Source: Torpedo marmorata | Lineage: Eukaryota | Length of the DNA: 64,000 nucleotides | Direction: 5' to 3' | Assembly (NCBI GenBank): GCA_977017645.1 | Contig: OZ360252.1 | Span: 17,422,001 to 17,486,000, forward strand | Shown: piece by piece, positions 1 through 13,861 of the stretch | Layout: each line of letters starts with the position of its first letter | Position numbering within the stretch: the first letter of the stretch is position 1 | Made by a program: the position numbers and the translations under genes | The notes under the pieces: model-generated | Database searches by the model: none | What the model saw: the letters and a program-made list of their open reading frames with translations, nothing else | What the model was told of the DNA's origin: nothing

Positions 1-167
<167 letters not shown>

Positions 168-1383
168 TTATGTACACTTTACCGCAATGTGTTCAAACCA
201 CCACCAGGAAATATCTGTTTTGACTTACAGAAAAACAAGAAATACAAACAGATAATCTTGAAAACACATCAGGAAGAGGCTAATGGGGCGGAACATTAAA
301 ATGATGAAAAGACGGGAGCGCGAATTTGCTGAATGTGGAGGTTTGGGGGAATGAGTGTCGGGAATGTGCATGATTGTTCTGTCTTTGACCGTGATGCGGT
401 GGTGAGAACATTGACGATGATCAATGGCTTGTTGTCAGAGAATCGCCGTTCAGAATGTTGGATCTGCTGTGCAGCATTTTCAAGGATTTGTCTCCTTCAT
501 GAGTCGCTCCGCTCCTCTGCACAGCGCACCAACCAGTTCCGTTTGACCGCAGGTTATGCTACAACTGCAGGAGACGCGACACCATTGCTTTCACACATTC
601 CCCAGGGACTCAAACAGTCCTTGTAGTTGAAAGATGGATTCACTTCAACTTCTTCCAATCATTAAATTGCATTCTATGCCACAGAATTGTCCACTCTATA
701 TTTATTAAGCTATTGCTAAGCATCTTCATTCAGTCGGCAAGAGTGGTCCTGAGCCTATCGACCACTTCAAATAATTCTCCCACTTCCACTCCTGGATTTC
801 CATCTGTGAGGCCCCGTGTTGATGCATGGAAGCTAAACACAACCGTGCGGAACAACACCATATCTTCCATCTGGACACAGCACACCCTTCCGGATTCGAT
901 AACATTGTCACAATTTTTAAGCAAATCAAATTTTAATCCAATTAAATTTTCCATATCTGTCTTTTATCATGTCCGCTCAGTTGTGTGCTCTCTTAATTTA
1001 ACCTGCCGGGATCACCCGCAGCAACATATTACACAAACACAGAAAAATAATCTGAACCGCAAAGTTACGCCAACTGTCACATTCATGGCCAGCCTATCCG
1101 AAATATTCATTTCGTTCTTCCAAACCCACTCCCAGCTTTTATGCATATCAGGCAACATGGTTTTCACTCCTTTCCGGCAGTGGCTCGGACCCGAAACGTG
1201 AAATCAGTACTTTCCAAAATTTATTCTTGCACTGTTTGTTAATTAATTGGTAGCGATCAGGAATGCAGTCCGTAAAGCACCTCGAACCCAAACACGGGAA
1301 AGGAAATGGGCAAATAAGCTTTAAAAAGAATGGTCGTGCTTCAAACATAATTGCATTGAGTGGCCCCTGCCCTTTCTATCCTT

Positions 1384-2557
1384 TGTTACGAACTAACAAA
1401 CCCTGTTAGAACTCACAAAGGAACAGCAATGGCAGATTCACCAGACAATGGTAAATTCAAAAATTGTTTTTATTAAACTATTAATAACATAACATATCTT
1501 AATTATCTCTAAACGTAACTCTAACTTAAACCCCACTGTGCGCAAATGTAAATGTGTGTGTGTTAAAGTCCAAACTATTTTAGTTTAAACTTGAATCTGA
1601 AAAAGTCAATTTTAAAGTTCAATTTCCAACTTCTTGTTGAATTTGAGGATCCCTTTAAATTATGATTCAGTAGTAAATATAAAGCAAGAATGGAGCATTC
1701 GATTTCTTTCTAACTCACAAGTCTTTTGACGAGTTGTCTTTAAGAGACAGTCTTCATACGAGTGTGTTCGCAAGTTTCCCCTATCTTGTTAGCGTTATGG
1801 AACTATGATCTTCACGATGATTTCTTTCTTAATATGGAGTAACATACGATTATGTCTTCTTTTCTTAGAAAAAATTTGAAAGTGGTCTTACTTATTTTAA
1901 AATCCACTTAGTATGTATTTCCTATGATAAGCATAATACACAGAGACAGCACACCTATCCATTCAGAGATCACTGCTCAAACTTAATTCTGTCTTTTCAG
2001 AATGTCAAAGTTCTTCAGACTTTAATCTTTGTCTTTCCAAAGTGTCAGAGTTTCTTAAACTGCTTCTTTGTCTTTCCAAAGTGTCAGAGTTTCTGCAGTC
2101 TGCTTCAGTCTGTTACAAAATGTCGATCTCTTTTCATTAAATATTTCTGACATCATGTGACATTACATCACCACAGTTTTAGTTTCATTTTCAGAAGCAT
2201 TACCTCATGCCTTTCTTCAAAATCACTTACATCCACAAAAACATCTGACGTCATCTCTGTTCCAAGAGGCTTAAGTGATTATGATTCCAAATTGTCTGAT
2301 TTCCATCAGCCAGCTGCATACTGTGTACACAAACATGCTTTTAAGCAACCACTTCAATTTTATGGCATTTGTCTTTCAAAACGCGACGAATAAGAAAACT
2401 CCCAGCTGAAATTTCTTTCTCTCAGTAATGGTTTTTGTCTGCAAATGTGCTGTGACCTGTGTGTGACCCTGTACCAGCCCACAACTAACCTTACTAAGAT
2501 ATAAAATTCGATAACTTAACATTAAATATTAATATTAACATTAACACATCCGTTACA
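1384..2557 (-). mobile_element. Solo LTR (Gypsy/ERV-type), about 1.17 kb
   Basis: TGTTACG...CGTTACA termini; 4-bp TSD CCTT (1380-1383 and 2558-2561); minus-strand AATAAA near 1470; internal ~30-bp tandem duplication near 2027-2095; interrupts a Penelope-type repeat. Confidence 0.8.
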
Positions 2558-2742
2558 CCTTCACCCCCAACCTTTTATTCAGAAGGCTGCCTGCTTTTTA
2601 CTCATACATTGAAGAAAGGCTCGGGCCCGAAACATTGGTTATATGTGTTTGTCTGCCATGGACGCTGCGAGACCTGCTGAATCCTCCAGCATATTTTTGT
2701 TCATCCTACGTTGGAGCGCCTGCAGACTTTTGCGTTTCACTT
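2558..2742 (+). mobile_element. Penelope-derived terminal repeat fragment with hammerhead-like motif
   Basis: ttgaagaaaggctcgggcccgaaac followed by gacgctgcgagacctgctgaatcctccagca; same family as 43100-43240 and 48340-48445. Confidence 0.65.
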
Positions 2743-3018
2743 AATTTCCTGCACAAATAGTGGGAAATGGCAACCAGAATCTATAGTGGCTGAAAATTAG
2801 ATGAAGTTCTTACTGTGTTACAGTAAGTAGAATTGGCAATAAAATGAGTACAAACCAGAACACTGAGAAAATATCGCTGAATAGTAGACCTGAAGAAAGT
2901 TATTGTAAGAGTTAGACGTGGTATCTCAGACTTGTGCAATGACGAAGAGGTATTAAACTTCAAATAACTATGATAACTGTGATGCAGCCGAAAATGAACA
3001 GATTGATGGCGCCCTCAC

Positions 3019-3333
3019 CAGAACATGTAATTGACACATCCTTTTTAGGCGTGCAGTTGTTTTCTCCCCACCTCGCTGACAGACATTCCCAGAGGCATGA
3101 TTCGTTCCCCGAACATCCCACTTCATCCAACCAAACTGTCCCAGAGATTCGTCCGCAGTAACGGGGACGTTTATTCTCCAAAGCATTTCCGCAACCTAGC
3201 TGCCTGCAGACCACGTTTGCGTCAATCACATCCCAGGAGTCATCACAAACTGTGCCCCAAGTACCATTGTAATAAATCTCCAGTCGTCCAGCGCATATAT
3301 CTCCACCGTCAGAGAGCCGTAGTTGCAAGTGGT
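3019..3333 (-). CDS. SRCR gene A, SRCR domain 5 exon (315 nt)
   Basis: cag|ACCAC...TGTTCTG|gtgag; [34 protein letters not shown]...DVSITCS; phase 1-1. Confidence 0.95.
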
Positions 3334-3461
3334 CTGTTGAACAACAAAACAGAAGAGCATTCGCTTCGTTACATATTAAACACATCACAGAGTTAAACAA
3401 GATATTGGCTGATGCTGCGGTCCAGTGCAGTACACAAACATGCTGGAGATACTCAGCAGAT

Positions 3462-3832
3462 CATAAGGATTGAATTTAGGAGCAGGAAGGCTATGCTGCA
3501 ATTGTGCAAGGTACTGGTGAGGCAGCATCTTGAGTACTGCGTACAGTTCTGGTCTCATTACTTGAGGAAGGATGTACTGGCTTTGGGGGCGGTGCAGAGG
3601 AGGTTCCCTGGGTTGATTTCCAGAGAAGAGGGGGGTGAGCCTATGAGCAGAGTTTGAGTCGTCTGGGACTGTACTCGCTGGAATTTAGAAGAATGAGAGG
3701 GTATCGAATAGAAACGTATAACATTTTGAAAGTCATACATAAGATCGAGGGAGATAATTTTTTTCATTGGTTGGGGAGACTAGAACTGGGGGACATAGCC
3801 TCAACATTCAGGGCAGTAGATTTATGACGGAG
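3462..3832 (+). mobile_element. CR1 LINE 3' fragment
   Basis: LVRQHLEYCVQFWSHYLRKDVLALGAVQRRF, the CR1 ORF2 C-terminal signature. Confidence 0.85.
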
Positions 3833-3833
3833 G

Positions 3834-6800
3834 ATGGAGTCTGGTGCTGTGGAAAAGAAGGGAAGGAGGAAAATGTGGCGCGCTGTAGTGATAGGGGATT
3901 CCATCGTTTGGAAGACAGATGAGAGGTTCTTTGCATCCCGGAAGGTATGTTGCCTCCCTGGTGCCAAGGTCTGGGATATCACAGATCGAGTTCACGACAT
4001 TCTTAGTTGGGAGGGTGATCAGCCAGATGTTGTGGTCCGTGTAGGGACAAATGATATAGGTAGGATGGGTGTGGAGGTTCTGAAAGGAGAGCTCAGGCGT
4101 TTGGCGCTAGGTTGATGAGGAGGACCTGCAGGGTAGTGATCCCAGGATTTCCTCCAGTGCCACGTGTGGAAGGTTAGAAATAGGAGGATAAGGCAGCTTA
4201 ACACGTGGCTGGTTCATGCTGTAGTAGGGAGGGCTTCAGGTTTCTTGATCAGTGCGCTCTGTTCCAGGGAAGGTGGGATCTGTACCGACGGGACAGATTG
4301 CATCAGAACTGCAAGGGGATTAATATCCTTGCGGGTAGGTTTGTTAGTGTTGTCCCGATGGGTTTAAACTAGATTTTCAGGGGGAGGGGAAGCAGAATGT
4401 TAGAGCAGTTAGTGAGAAGGAGGAGGATAAAGGTCATGCGAGGACTGCATGTATAGACAGAAATCAAAGGTTTGTACGTGATAGAAATTTTCTGAGGTGT
4501 ATTTATTTTAACGCAAGGAGTATTGTTAGAAGGAATAACGATCTTAGGGCATGGATTGACACGTGGGATTACGACATTATAGATTTCAGTGTGACTTGGT
4601 TGCAGGAGGGGCAGGACTGGCAGCGTAATATTACGCAGTTCCGTTGCTTCATACGTGATAGAGGGGAAGGGATGAAAAGGGGGAGGAAAATAGTCAGGGA
4701 AAATATCTCAGCTGTGCGAAGTCAGGACAGCCAGGAGGGTTTGTCTACAGAGGTCATATGGGCGGAGTTGAGGAACGGGAAATGTGTGACCACACTGACA
4801 GGGTTGTATTATAGACCGCCCAATAGTCAGAGTGAATTGGAGGATCAAATCTTTACAGAGAGAGCAGACCGATGTAAGAAGTAGAAAGTTGTGATAGTTG
4901 GAGATTTTGACTTTCCAAATATTGACTGGGACTCCCATATTGTGAAAGCGCTGGATGGCTTGGAGTTTGTGAAATGTGTTCAGGAAAGTTTTCGAAATCA
5001 ATATATAGAGGTACCAACGAGAGAGGATGCAGTACTTGATCTCCTATTAGGCAACAGGACAGGTTAGGTGGCAGATGTATGTGCAGGCGAACATTTTGGG
5101 TCCAGTTACCATAAAGTAATTAGCTTCAAGTTAATTATGGAAAAGGATAAGTCTGGTCCTCATGTTGGGATTCTAAATTGGAGGAAGGCAAATTTTGTGT
5201 AACTGAGAAAGGATCTAGGAAGAGTGGATTTGGATATGTTGTTTTCTGGCAAGGGTGTGTTAAGTAGGTGGATGGCCTTCAAAGTCGAAATTTTGTGAGT
5301 GCATAGTTTGCATGTTCCTGTTAGGATTAAAGGCAAATTTAGCAGGCATAGGGAACCCTGGTTTTCAAGGGATATTGGCGATCTGGTTAAGAAGAAGAGG
5401 TAGGCGTATAGCAAGTATAGGCAACAAGGAGCTAATGAGATACTTGAAGAGTACAGCAAATGCTGGAAAATACTCATGAAGGAAATCACGAAGGCAAAAC
5501 GAAGACATGAGGTTGCTTTGGCAATAATGTGAAGGTAGTTGCGAAGGGTTACCTCAAGTATATTAAGAGTAAAAGGATAGTAAACTACAAAATTGGTTCC
5601 CTAGAGGATCAGAGTGGTCAACTATGTGTGCAGCCTCAAGTAATGGGGGAGATCTTAAACAATTTTTCTGTATCAGTATTTACTCAGGAAACTTGCATAG
5701 TGCATAAGGAAGGAAGGGAAATAAACAGAAGTGTAATGGTACATATTCCCTGGAGCGTAGAGGTTTGATGGGTGATTTGACAGAGATATTTAAAATATTG
5801 AAGGGGACAGATAGAGTCAATGTGGACAGGCTTCTTCCATTGAGTGTGGGGGTGATTCAAACAAGAGGGCATGGATTGAGATTGAAGGGGGAAAAGTTTA
5901 GAGGAAACATGAGGGGGAATTTTTTCACTCAGAGGGTGGTGGGAGTGTGGAACGAGCTTCCATCCGAAGTGGTTGATGCAGGTTCAATTGTAATGTTTCA
6001 GGAAAGGTTGGATTGTTATATGGACGAGAGAGGTGTGGAGGGTTATGGGCCAGGTGCGGGCCAGTGGGACGAGGTGGGAGAAGACGTTCGGCAAGGACTA
6101 GAAGGGCCGAACTGGCCTGTTTCTGTTCTGTAACTGTTATATGGTTATATTGTTATATGGAACATATGGAGATTAAGGAGGTGGGAGTGCTTGCTGCCTT
6201 ATAGTGAATAAAGGTAGATAAATGCCCCGTGCCGGATATGACATTCAGTCGTACCTTGAGGGAAACTAGTGTTGAAATTGCAGCAGTCCTGGCTGATATA
6301 TTCAAAATGTCCTTAGCTACAGGTGAGATGCCAGAGGATTGGAGGTAAGCTTATGTTGTCCCGTTTTTTAAAAAATGGCTTAAAAAGTAAACCAGGTAAT
6401 GATACCCCGGTGAGCTTGACGTCAGTAGTAGGTAAACTATTCTAAGCAGGTGTGAGAGATAGAATATATAGGTATCTGGACAGCCATGGGTTGATTAAGG
6501 ACAGTTAGCATGGCTTTGGCTTGGTAGATCGTGTTTAACGAAACTTGTCGAGTTTTTGGAGGAGGTTACCTAAAAGATAGATGAAGGAAAGGCTGTGGAA
6601 GTTTTCTACATGGACTTTAGTAAGGCCTTTGACAAGGTCCCACAGGGGAGGTTAGTTCCAAACGTTGAGACATGAGGTATCCATGGAGAGGTTGTAAACT
6701 GGATTCGAAATTGGCTGTGTGGGAGAAAACAGAGAGTGGTAGTAGATGGTTGCTTCTCAGACTGGAGGTCTGTGACTAGTGGTATGCCTCAGGGATCTGT

Positions 6801-7782
6801 GTTGGGACAATTGTTGTTTGTTGACTGTATCAATGATATGGAAGATAATGTGGTAAATTGGATCAGCAGGTTTGCTGATGACACAACGATATGAGGCGTT
6901 GTGGACAGTGACGAAGAATTTCAAAGCTTGCAGAGAGTTCTGGACCAACTTGGAGAAGGGGCCAAAAATGGCAGATGGAGATTAATGCAGACAAGTGTGA
7001 GGTGATGCATTTTGAAAGGGCAAACCAAGGTAGGACATACACAGTAAATGGTAGGGCACTGGGGAGTGCGGAGGAGCAAAGAGATCTGGGAATGCAGACA
7101 CATTGTTCCCTGAAAGTGGCGTTGCAGATGGACAGCATTGTAAAGAAAGATTTTGGTATCTTAGCCTTTATAAATCAAAGTATTGAGTTTCGGAGTTGGA
7201 ATGTTGTGTTGAAGTGGTTTAAGACATTGGTGAGGCCAGATTTGGACTATTGTGTGCACTTCAGGTCGTCTAACTACAGGAAAGATATCAGTAAGAGTGA
7301 AAGAGTGCAGAGAAGATTTACTAGAATGTTGCTGGGTGTTCAGGAGTTGAGTTACAGGGAAAAATTAAACAGGTTGGGAATTTATTCTTTGGAGCGAAGA
7401 GGATTGAGGGGAGATTTGCTGGAAGTTTACAGGATTATTAGAGGTATAGACAGAATGATGCGAGTATGCTTTTCCACTTAGATTGGTGGAGATAAATACG
7501 AGAGTTCATAGTTTTAAGATGAAAGGGGAAAGGTTCAGGGGGAACATGAGGGGAAAGTTCTTCAGTCAGCGAGTGGTGGGAGTGTGGAACGGGCTGCCAT
7601 CTGATGTAGTGAATGCGGGCTCGATCTTGAGTTTTAAGAATAGATTGGACGGATACATGGATGGGAGAGGTCTGGGGGTTATGGAGTGGGAGCAGGGCAA
7701 GCGGAATAGTGTTCGGCACAGACTTGAAGGGTCGAATGGCCTGTTTTCTGTGCTGTTGCGTTCTGTGGTTCTATGGAGTTGA
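3834..7782 (+). mobile_element. Near full-length decayed CR1 LINE (ORF1 esterase end, ORF2 APE-RT)
   Basis: ORF1 VVIGDSIV..VCCLPGA..VGTNDIG (SGNH/GDSL esterase); APE YFNARSI, YYRPPNS, VGDFDFP; RT MDFSKAFDKV, PQGSVLG, FADDT; gttct(g/a)tg tail; many stops. Confidence 0.92.
5747..6156 (+). mobile_element. CR1 3' fragment nested in the larger CR1
   Basis: Second copy of the CR1 3' end with (gttatatg)n tail; TSD atgg(t/a)acatat at 5736-5746 and 6157-6167. Confidence 0.85.
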
Positions 7783-7942
7783 TGAGCAAGTTCGTTTCAC
7801 AGAGGGCGGTGAATCTACGGAATTCGCTGCCCATTGAAGTATTGGAGTCTGTAATAAATATATTTAAGACAAGGTTGGATAGATTTTACAAAGTAGGTGA
7901 ATTAAGGTAATGGGAAAAAGGCAGGTGGGTGGAGATGAGCCA

Positions 7943-8787
7943 TCTACAAGTTTGCCGATGACACCACAGCTGTCGGAAGAATCAGAAACGGCAATGAGGA
8001 AGCGTACAGGAGGGAGATAGATGAGCTCGTTGAATGGTGTAACGACAACAACCCTGCGCTCAACGTCAGCAAAACCAAAGAAATGATTGTGGATTTCAGG
8101 AGGAAGTCAGGGTAACACGACCCAGTCCTCATCGAGGGCTCAGTAGTGGAGAGGGTCAAGAACTTCAAATTTCTGGGTGTCAACATCTCCGAGGATCTGT
8201 CCTGGAGCCTCCACGTTGATGCAATCACAAAGAAGGCTCGCCGGCGGCTATACTTTGTGAGGTGTCTGAGGAAATTCGGTATGTCACCAAAGACTCTCGT
8301 AAACTTTTACAGGTGTACCGTGGAGAGCATTCAGGCTGGTTGCATCACTGCCCGGTATGGAGGCGCCAACTCTCAGGACAAGAATACGCTCCAGAGGGTT
8401 GTTAACCCGGCCTGTGACTTCACAGGCACCAAACATCACTCCATCGAGGACATCTACATGAGGCGGTGCCTTAAAAAAGCAGCCTCTATCCTCAAAGACC
8501 CCCACCACCCAGGCCATGCCCTCTTCACTCTGCTTCCATCGGGAAAAAGGTACAGGAGCCTAACGACGAGCACTCAACGGCACAAGGACAGCTTCTTCCC
8601 CGCTGCCATCAGATTCCTGAATAATTATTGAACCAAAGACACTGCCTTACTTTTCGTGCACTATTATTTATATTTTTGGAAAGTAATATCGTAAGATGGT
8701 TATAATATGAATGGTTGAACTATGATGCTGCCGCAAAACACCGAAATTCATGACTTGTTCATGACAATTAATTCTGATCCTGATTCT
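7943..8787 (+). mobile_element. Rex1/Babar-type LINE 3' fragment
   Basis: YKFADDTT, ERVKNFKFLGV, FYRCTVES, DSFFPAAIR; (ttctga)n-like tail. Confidence 0.85.
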
Positions 8788-9980
8788 AATTTTCTGCTCT
8801 AATTATACTATGCTTCACCAGGATATAACATGCAAAACAAAGCGAATAATAAATCTGAAATAATTCTTGAAACTTAATTCCTATTCTCTCCCTTCTCCTT
8901 CCCCTAAGTAGAACAGCTTGAGCTGTCTCATGCCAAAATGTCGAAATAAATGACTGATTTTCCATTGGAAAGCAGCAATGACGAGTTGCGCTCTCATTGG
9001 TCTGGTCGGGATGTACATATTGCATCCCATTTGTCAGCACTGGGTTTGATCATATTGTCGCTTGTTCAACCGCCATCTTGTGTTTAGCATTTAGAATACT
9101 ATCTTGACGGATTGAGCAAACTGTACAACCGTTCAGCTGTTAAATTATAAATACATTACGTTTTTTACATTTGCACTTTTTATTTTTCTACCCCACTCCA
9201 CACAGGTAGCCAAGAGTTCCAGCACAAAATTGGACTCGACTGTAAAATGCTAAATGCAGCAGCGGTTTTGAAATTTGACGATTGTTTTCATGTTAGAATT
9301 GATGGTCTTACACCACCATCTCATGGGGTTCAAACTTTGATTTACAAAATATATAAATTTTGAAATCATTGCATTTGAAATCATTACTCTACATAAAAAT
9401 ATACCATCAAGAAATCTGCCTTCGTACTTCCCCGGTGAACCAGGTTCCACAGGGATTCGCTTCATCCACATTTTAACAGACCCGAGTAGTAAATAAATGT
9501 TGCGGTGTCTGCTGTTACCCAACGTTGACGTTTTCCCCATAATTCCCCGACCTTCAACCCATACATCTCCCTGCTTTCTTTGATTTCACTTTTTGCTGTC
9601 TTCATTTTTTTTACTTTTACAGAAATGTCTTGAACACATGTAAGAAATCCTGTTGCTGAAGGTTTTTTTAAAGCACAGTATTTATTGTATTAGCTTTCCG
9701 TTTTTGATTCATTATTTGCGACCATTGATTTTATTGAAGTGACCAGAGGACAAAATAGTTGGCCTCTGTAATTTTCCCCGGGGTGGTGGAGTCTGCGGAG
9801 GGTTGCGCCAGAACAAAACAGGTATTGTGTGAGTTTTACGCAATGTACAGATTTTACCGCAACGGCAAGACACCCGACTTTATTATTCTGTGGCCCCGAT
9901 GTTCTTAACTCATCACTAACCTTCCCAGCAGCTTGCCATTTCCCTGGTGACATGTTGTGGTAATGTCATTGTTTTCTCAC

Positions 9981-10295
9981 CTGAACACAGAACCCCAACG
10001 CCGCTGCTATCGTTGGAAACCCGATTCAACGTGAATGTGCTGCAATTTCGGAGCTGCGATTCGGTCCCTTCACACTGGACGTCATTCACCCACACCGGCC
10101 GTTCACTCTCACCGTACATAGAGGAGTTGTAGGCTGATATAGCAGAGCCGCAACGCAGCTCTCTACAGACCACGTTGGAATCATTGATGTTCCAGACGTT
10201 ATCCTGCACTCTCCCCCAGCTGCCATTGTGGTAGACCTCCACTCGGCCGTCGCAGCGGCTTCCTCCGTTGGTCAGTCTGAGAGACCAACTTTCAT
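9981..10295 (-). CDS. SRCR gene A, SRCR domain 4 exon (315 nt)
   Basis: cag|ATGAA...TGTTCAG|gtgag; DESWSLRLTNGGSRCDGRVEVYHNGSWG...GVGVLCS; phase 1-1. Confidence 0.95.
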
Positions 10296-11010
10296 CTGCA
10301 AAACGAAGTATGTTGGGTGAGCCGGTTAAAGTGAAGCCAAAGTAACCTATCAATTGTAAACTTGTGTCTGGCGAGCTGGTGTTTGTTTTCCGCACCGAGT
10401 GATCGCTGTTTCAGTGACCTTGCTCTGTCTAAATTCAAACCAATGCCGATCAGTTTCTGTGCACCTTCTCGGGTAATCGGTTCAATAACAAGGGGCAGGT
10501 CGTCAATTGAAGATAAATAGGTTTTAAGGGCGATAGTCTTTTCGACGTTTTCATTCACATTTGTTCTTCAATTCTCACGCAACACTTCATTAAACACGTA
10601 CAACAACCGTGTACCGTTCTGTCCCTCTCGCTCTTTAAATTTTCGAACAATTATTTCACGTCGCCCCAAAGCACACCGTAGCAAAATTTCTGATTTGACT
10701 CCTCCCAGCAACAACAGTCGTTGCCTTGCCTCTGTTCATAATAACATTGTGCAGCGTGCAACGAACATCCTGTTGACCCAATCGCCATTCCTCGTCTTTA
10801 CCCTTCGGGGCATGGCTTAATCCAAGAATTAACATGTTGGCTACAGATAACAAATCAGGATTCCAGGCAGTCAACAAACTTCCACAAAGAAGTAAACCCT
10901 TTCACCTTTCATTGTAATGCAGAATAAAAATACTTTAAAGCAGTAGCTGAATTCCTCTTCGACTGGAAAACAATTTGCTTATTTCAGTTCTACAATCTAT
11001 GTCGACTCAC

Positions 11011-11325
11011 CAGAGCAGACGAGACCGGAAATGTTTCCATGTGAACATCTAACTTTATCCGAGGGTGAAAATGGACAGTCGGCTATACGGGACTCGTTCC
11101 CCCGGCAACGGTAGCCCTCCTTCCACATAGGACCGGTTTCCTCACCAAATTGGGCACCTGCAGGAGTTTCCGTTACTGCACCGCATCGCAGCTGTTCACA
11201 GATCACGCTCGCAACTTCTAAGCTGAAGTGGACATCACAAAGGGTCCACCACTGGTCTCCGTGTAGAATTTCCACCCTGCCTGAACATCTGTTCTTCCCG
11301 CCGACTAGTCGTGGTCCATGGTTCC
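11011..11325 (-). CDS. SRCR gene A, SRCR domain 3 exon (315 nt)
   Basis: cag|GGAAC...TGCTCTG|gtgagt; GNHGPRLVGGKNRCSGRVEILHGDQW...SGLVCS; phase 1-1. Confidence 0.95.
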
Positions 11326-11776
11326 CTGTTTGAGTGAGGAATGAACAACAAAACAACCCTTAAAATAGGAATGAATAAGAAATTACATAAGTATTGCTTG
11401 ATTTTTCACAATCTATTCTTACGATTTTTCATGTGTGTCTATTAAATAGGACGGTCTCTGATTTCATCTTGATCTTGTTCGCTGAGATTGTTTCGGATTT
11501 ATTTCTTTGTATTCAACTCTATTTCCTAATGCAAAGTTATCGTTCATATTCTTCGCAATTTCCTTATATTTCTGTGCTTTATTTCGTTCTACAAAAAGCT
11601 CGTTCCCATTAAATTATGAAAGCTCAGAGTTAAGCAGAAGAACTCTGTTCGTAAATCACTCTCATTGCTTTACATTGATGATCTCTTAATAGTTAGCACA
11701 TCTTTGCTTTGGTGGAAGATTGTTGTTGAATCGATAGGAAGTCGTTTAATATCGATATTCTTAATTTAATACTTCT

Positions 11777-13630
11777 TTTTTTCTTTTTTTTAAAAAATAT
11801 TTTATTTTAAGATTTTCAATTTTTTCACAATAATGTAAAATATACATTAAACATCAGTTAAGTTCAATACATAGGAGTTTCGTATTACCATGAATCTAAC
11901 CCCATCTAAACGCACCCTTACTAAAACAACCCACCCTCCACCCTTCCCACCCTTACCCCCTCTCCATACTAGAACTAAAAAAGAAAAGAGAAGGGAAAAG
12001 CACAATTGAAAATATATCTATACACATCCATGGCTCGATGTAAGAGATTCAGCAATGTTCATTCTTCAAATTTAAACTTAGGAGAGTCAGCGGGGTCCGG
12101 GATGCAGGGCAACATATTTAAATATTCATTCCTGATAATTGGATAAATGGACGCCAAATTTGTAAAAAGAGTCCATACTTATTCCTCATATTGTATGTTA
12201 TTTTTTCCAATGGTATGCAACTCTGCATCTCTGAATTCCATCTACTCATGCTCAGATTTGTGTCCGATTTCCAGGTCACTGCTATACATTTCCTAGCTAC
12301 TGCTAGTGCAATTTTCACGAATTTTAATTGCCATATGGATAATTTCAATTTTGGTCTAGTTCCCTCTATATTCCCCAATAAGAACAAGTCAGGGTTTTGA
12401 GGAAATGCAACACCTGTAACAAGTTTCAACCGGTTTCCTAACTCTGCCCAAAAATCTTTAACTTTTGAACATGACCACGTTGAGTGTAAGAATGTTCCTT
12501 CTTCTTCTCCACATCTAAAACATCTATTTGGTATTGCAGAATTCATCTTGCTCAGTTTTTGTGGTGTGAAGTATATTTGGTGTAAGAAGTTATATTGTAC
12601 CAGTCTATATCTTACATTAACAGTATTAGTCATACTATCTAGGCATAGATCTGACCATCTTTTTTCATCAATTATAATATTAAGATCTTGTTCCCATCTT
12701 TGTCTGGACTTATGAATTCCTCGTTTTTGAGCTCCCTTCTGTAACAAAGAATATACTATGGAAGTAAATTTCTTAATGTTTCCTTTCCTAATAATAGTTT
12801 CTACCTCGCTGCATTCTTGTAACAACATGTCTGGACCTAATTTTCCTCTTAAGTAAGCTGTTAGTTGAAGATAGCAAAAAAATGTATTTCTAGGTATTCC
12901 GTATTTATTCTGTAATTGTATGAATGACATCATTTGATTTCCTTCGTAACAATCTTCTATTTTCTTTATTCCTTTTAATGACCATGTATTTAAAAAAGGG
13001 TTATATTTTGTAAATGGTATCAGATTGTTCTGTATCAATGGCATTTTAGGTGATACATTTCCTTTTAATCCTATATCGTCATTAACCTTATTCCAAGCAT
13101 TAATCAAATGTTTTAATAGCGGTGTTTCTTTTACACCTGTCAACAGTTTTGAGTTCCATTTATATATAAATTCTTGTGACTTCTTCTCTCCTGTTTCTCC
13201 AAGCTCTATTCCAACCCACGCAGGTCTTTCTTCAGATTCAAAAAAAGAAGCAATAAAACGCATCTGTGCCGCTCTATAGTAGTTCTTACAATTAGGGAGT
13301 TGTAAACCTCCCAATTCATATTTCCATGTTAAACGTTCCATCGAAACTCTTGACATTTTTCCTTTCCATAAAAACTTTCGCACCTGTTTATTTAAGTCTT
13401 GAAAAAATACCTGTGGTAGTGAAATAGGTATAGTCTGATACAAGTACTGTATCCTTGGAAATATATTCATCTTAATACAATTAACTCTTCCTATCAATGT
13501 GATTGGCAGATTAATCAATTTCTCTAGATCCTCCTTAATCTTATTAAGCAATGGTACATAATTCCACTTGTATAAATTCTTTAATTTATTATCTGTCCGG
13601 ACCCCTAGGTATTTTATTCCATTATGTGGC
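11777..13630 (-). mobile_element. L1/Tx1-clade LINE, 5'-truncated, ORF2 C-terminal part intact
   Basis: Open frame from KYLGV through the CCHC motif (CFRC...HSTWSC) to the stop at 12118; poly(A) tail; perfect 15-bp TSD taatttaatacttct (11762-11776, 13631-13645). Confidence 0.95.
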
Positions 13631-13861
13631 TAATTTAATACTTCTGAACACTCATTGAATTCAATGAGCAATGTTGGCCAAAAGAAACATTATATTATTA
13701 AATTTAATACACCGGCCAACATGATATCAATGTTATATGGCAATGAATTGTATTGATGCACTTTATGAGCACTTCATAACAGGGAATTGTCGATGACCGT
13801 TTCCTGTTTTCTATGGACAATGAAAGTCAAATACAGCTTTGTTCAGAAATCTGGTACTCAC

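Noticed and set aside
333-1201. Plus-strand ORFs of 97 and 162 aa
   Set aside because: No recognisable motif, non-ATG or weak starts, and intronic antisense position; likely chance.
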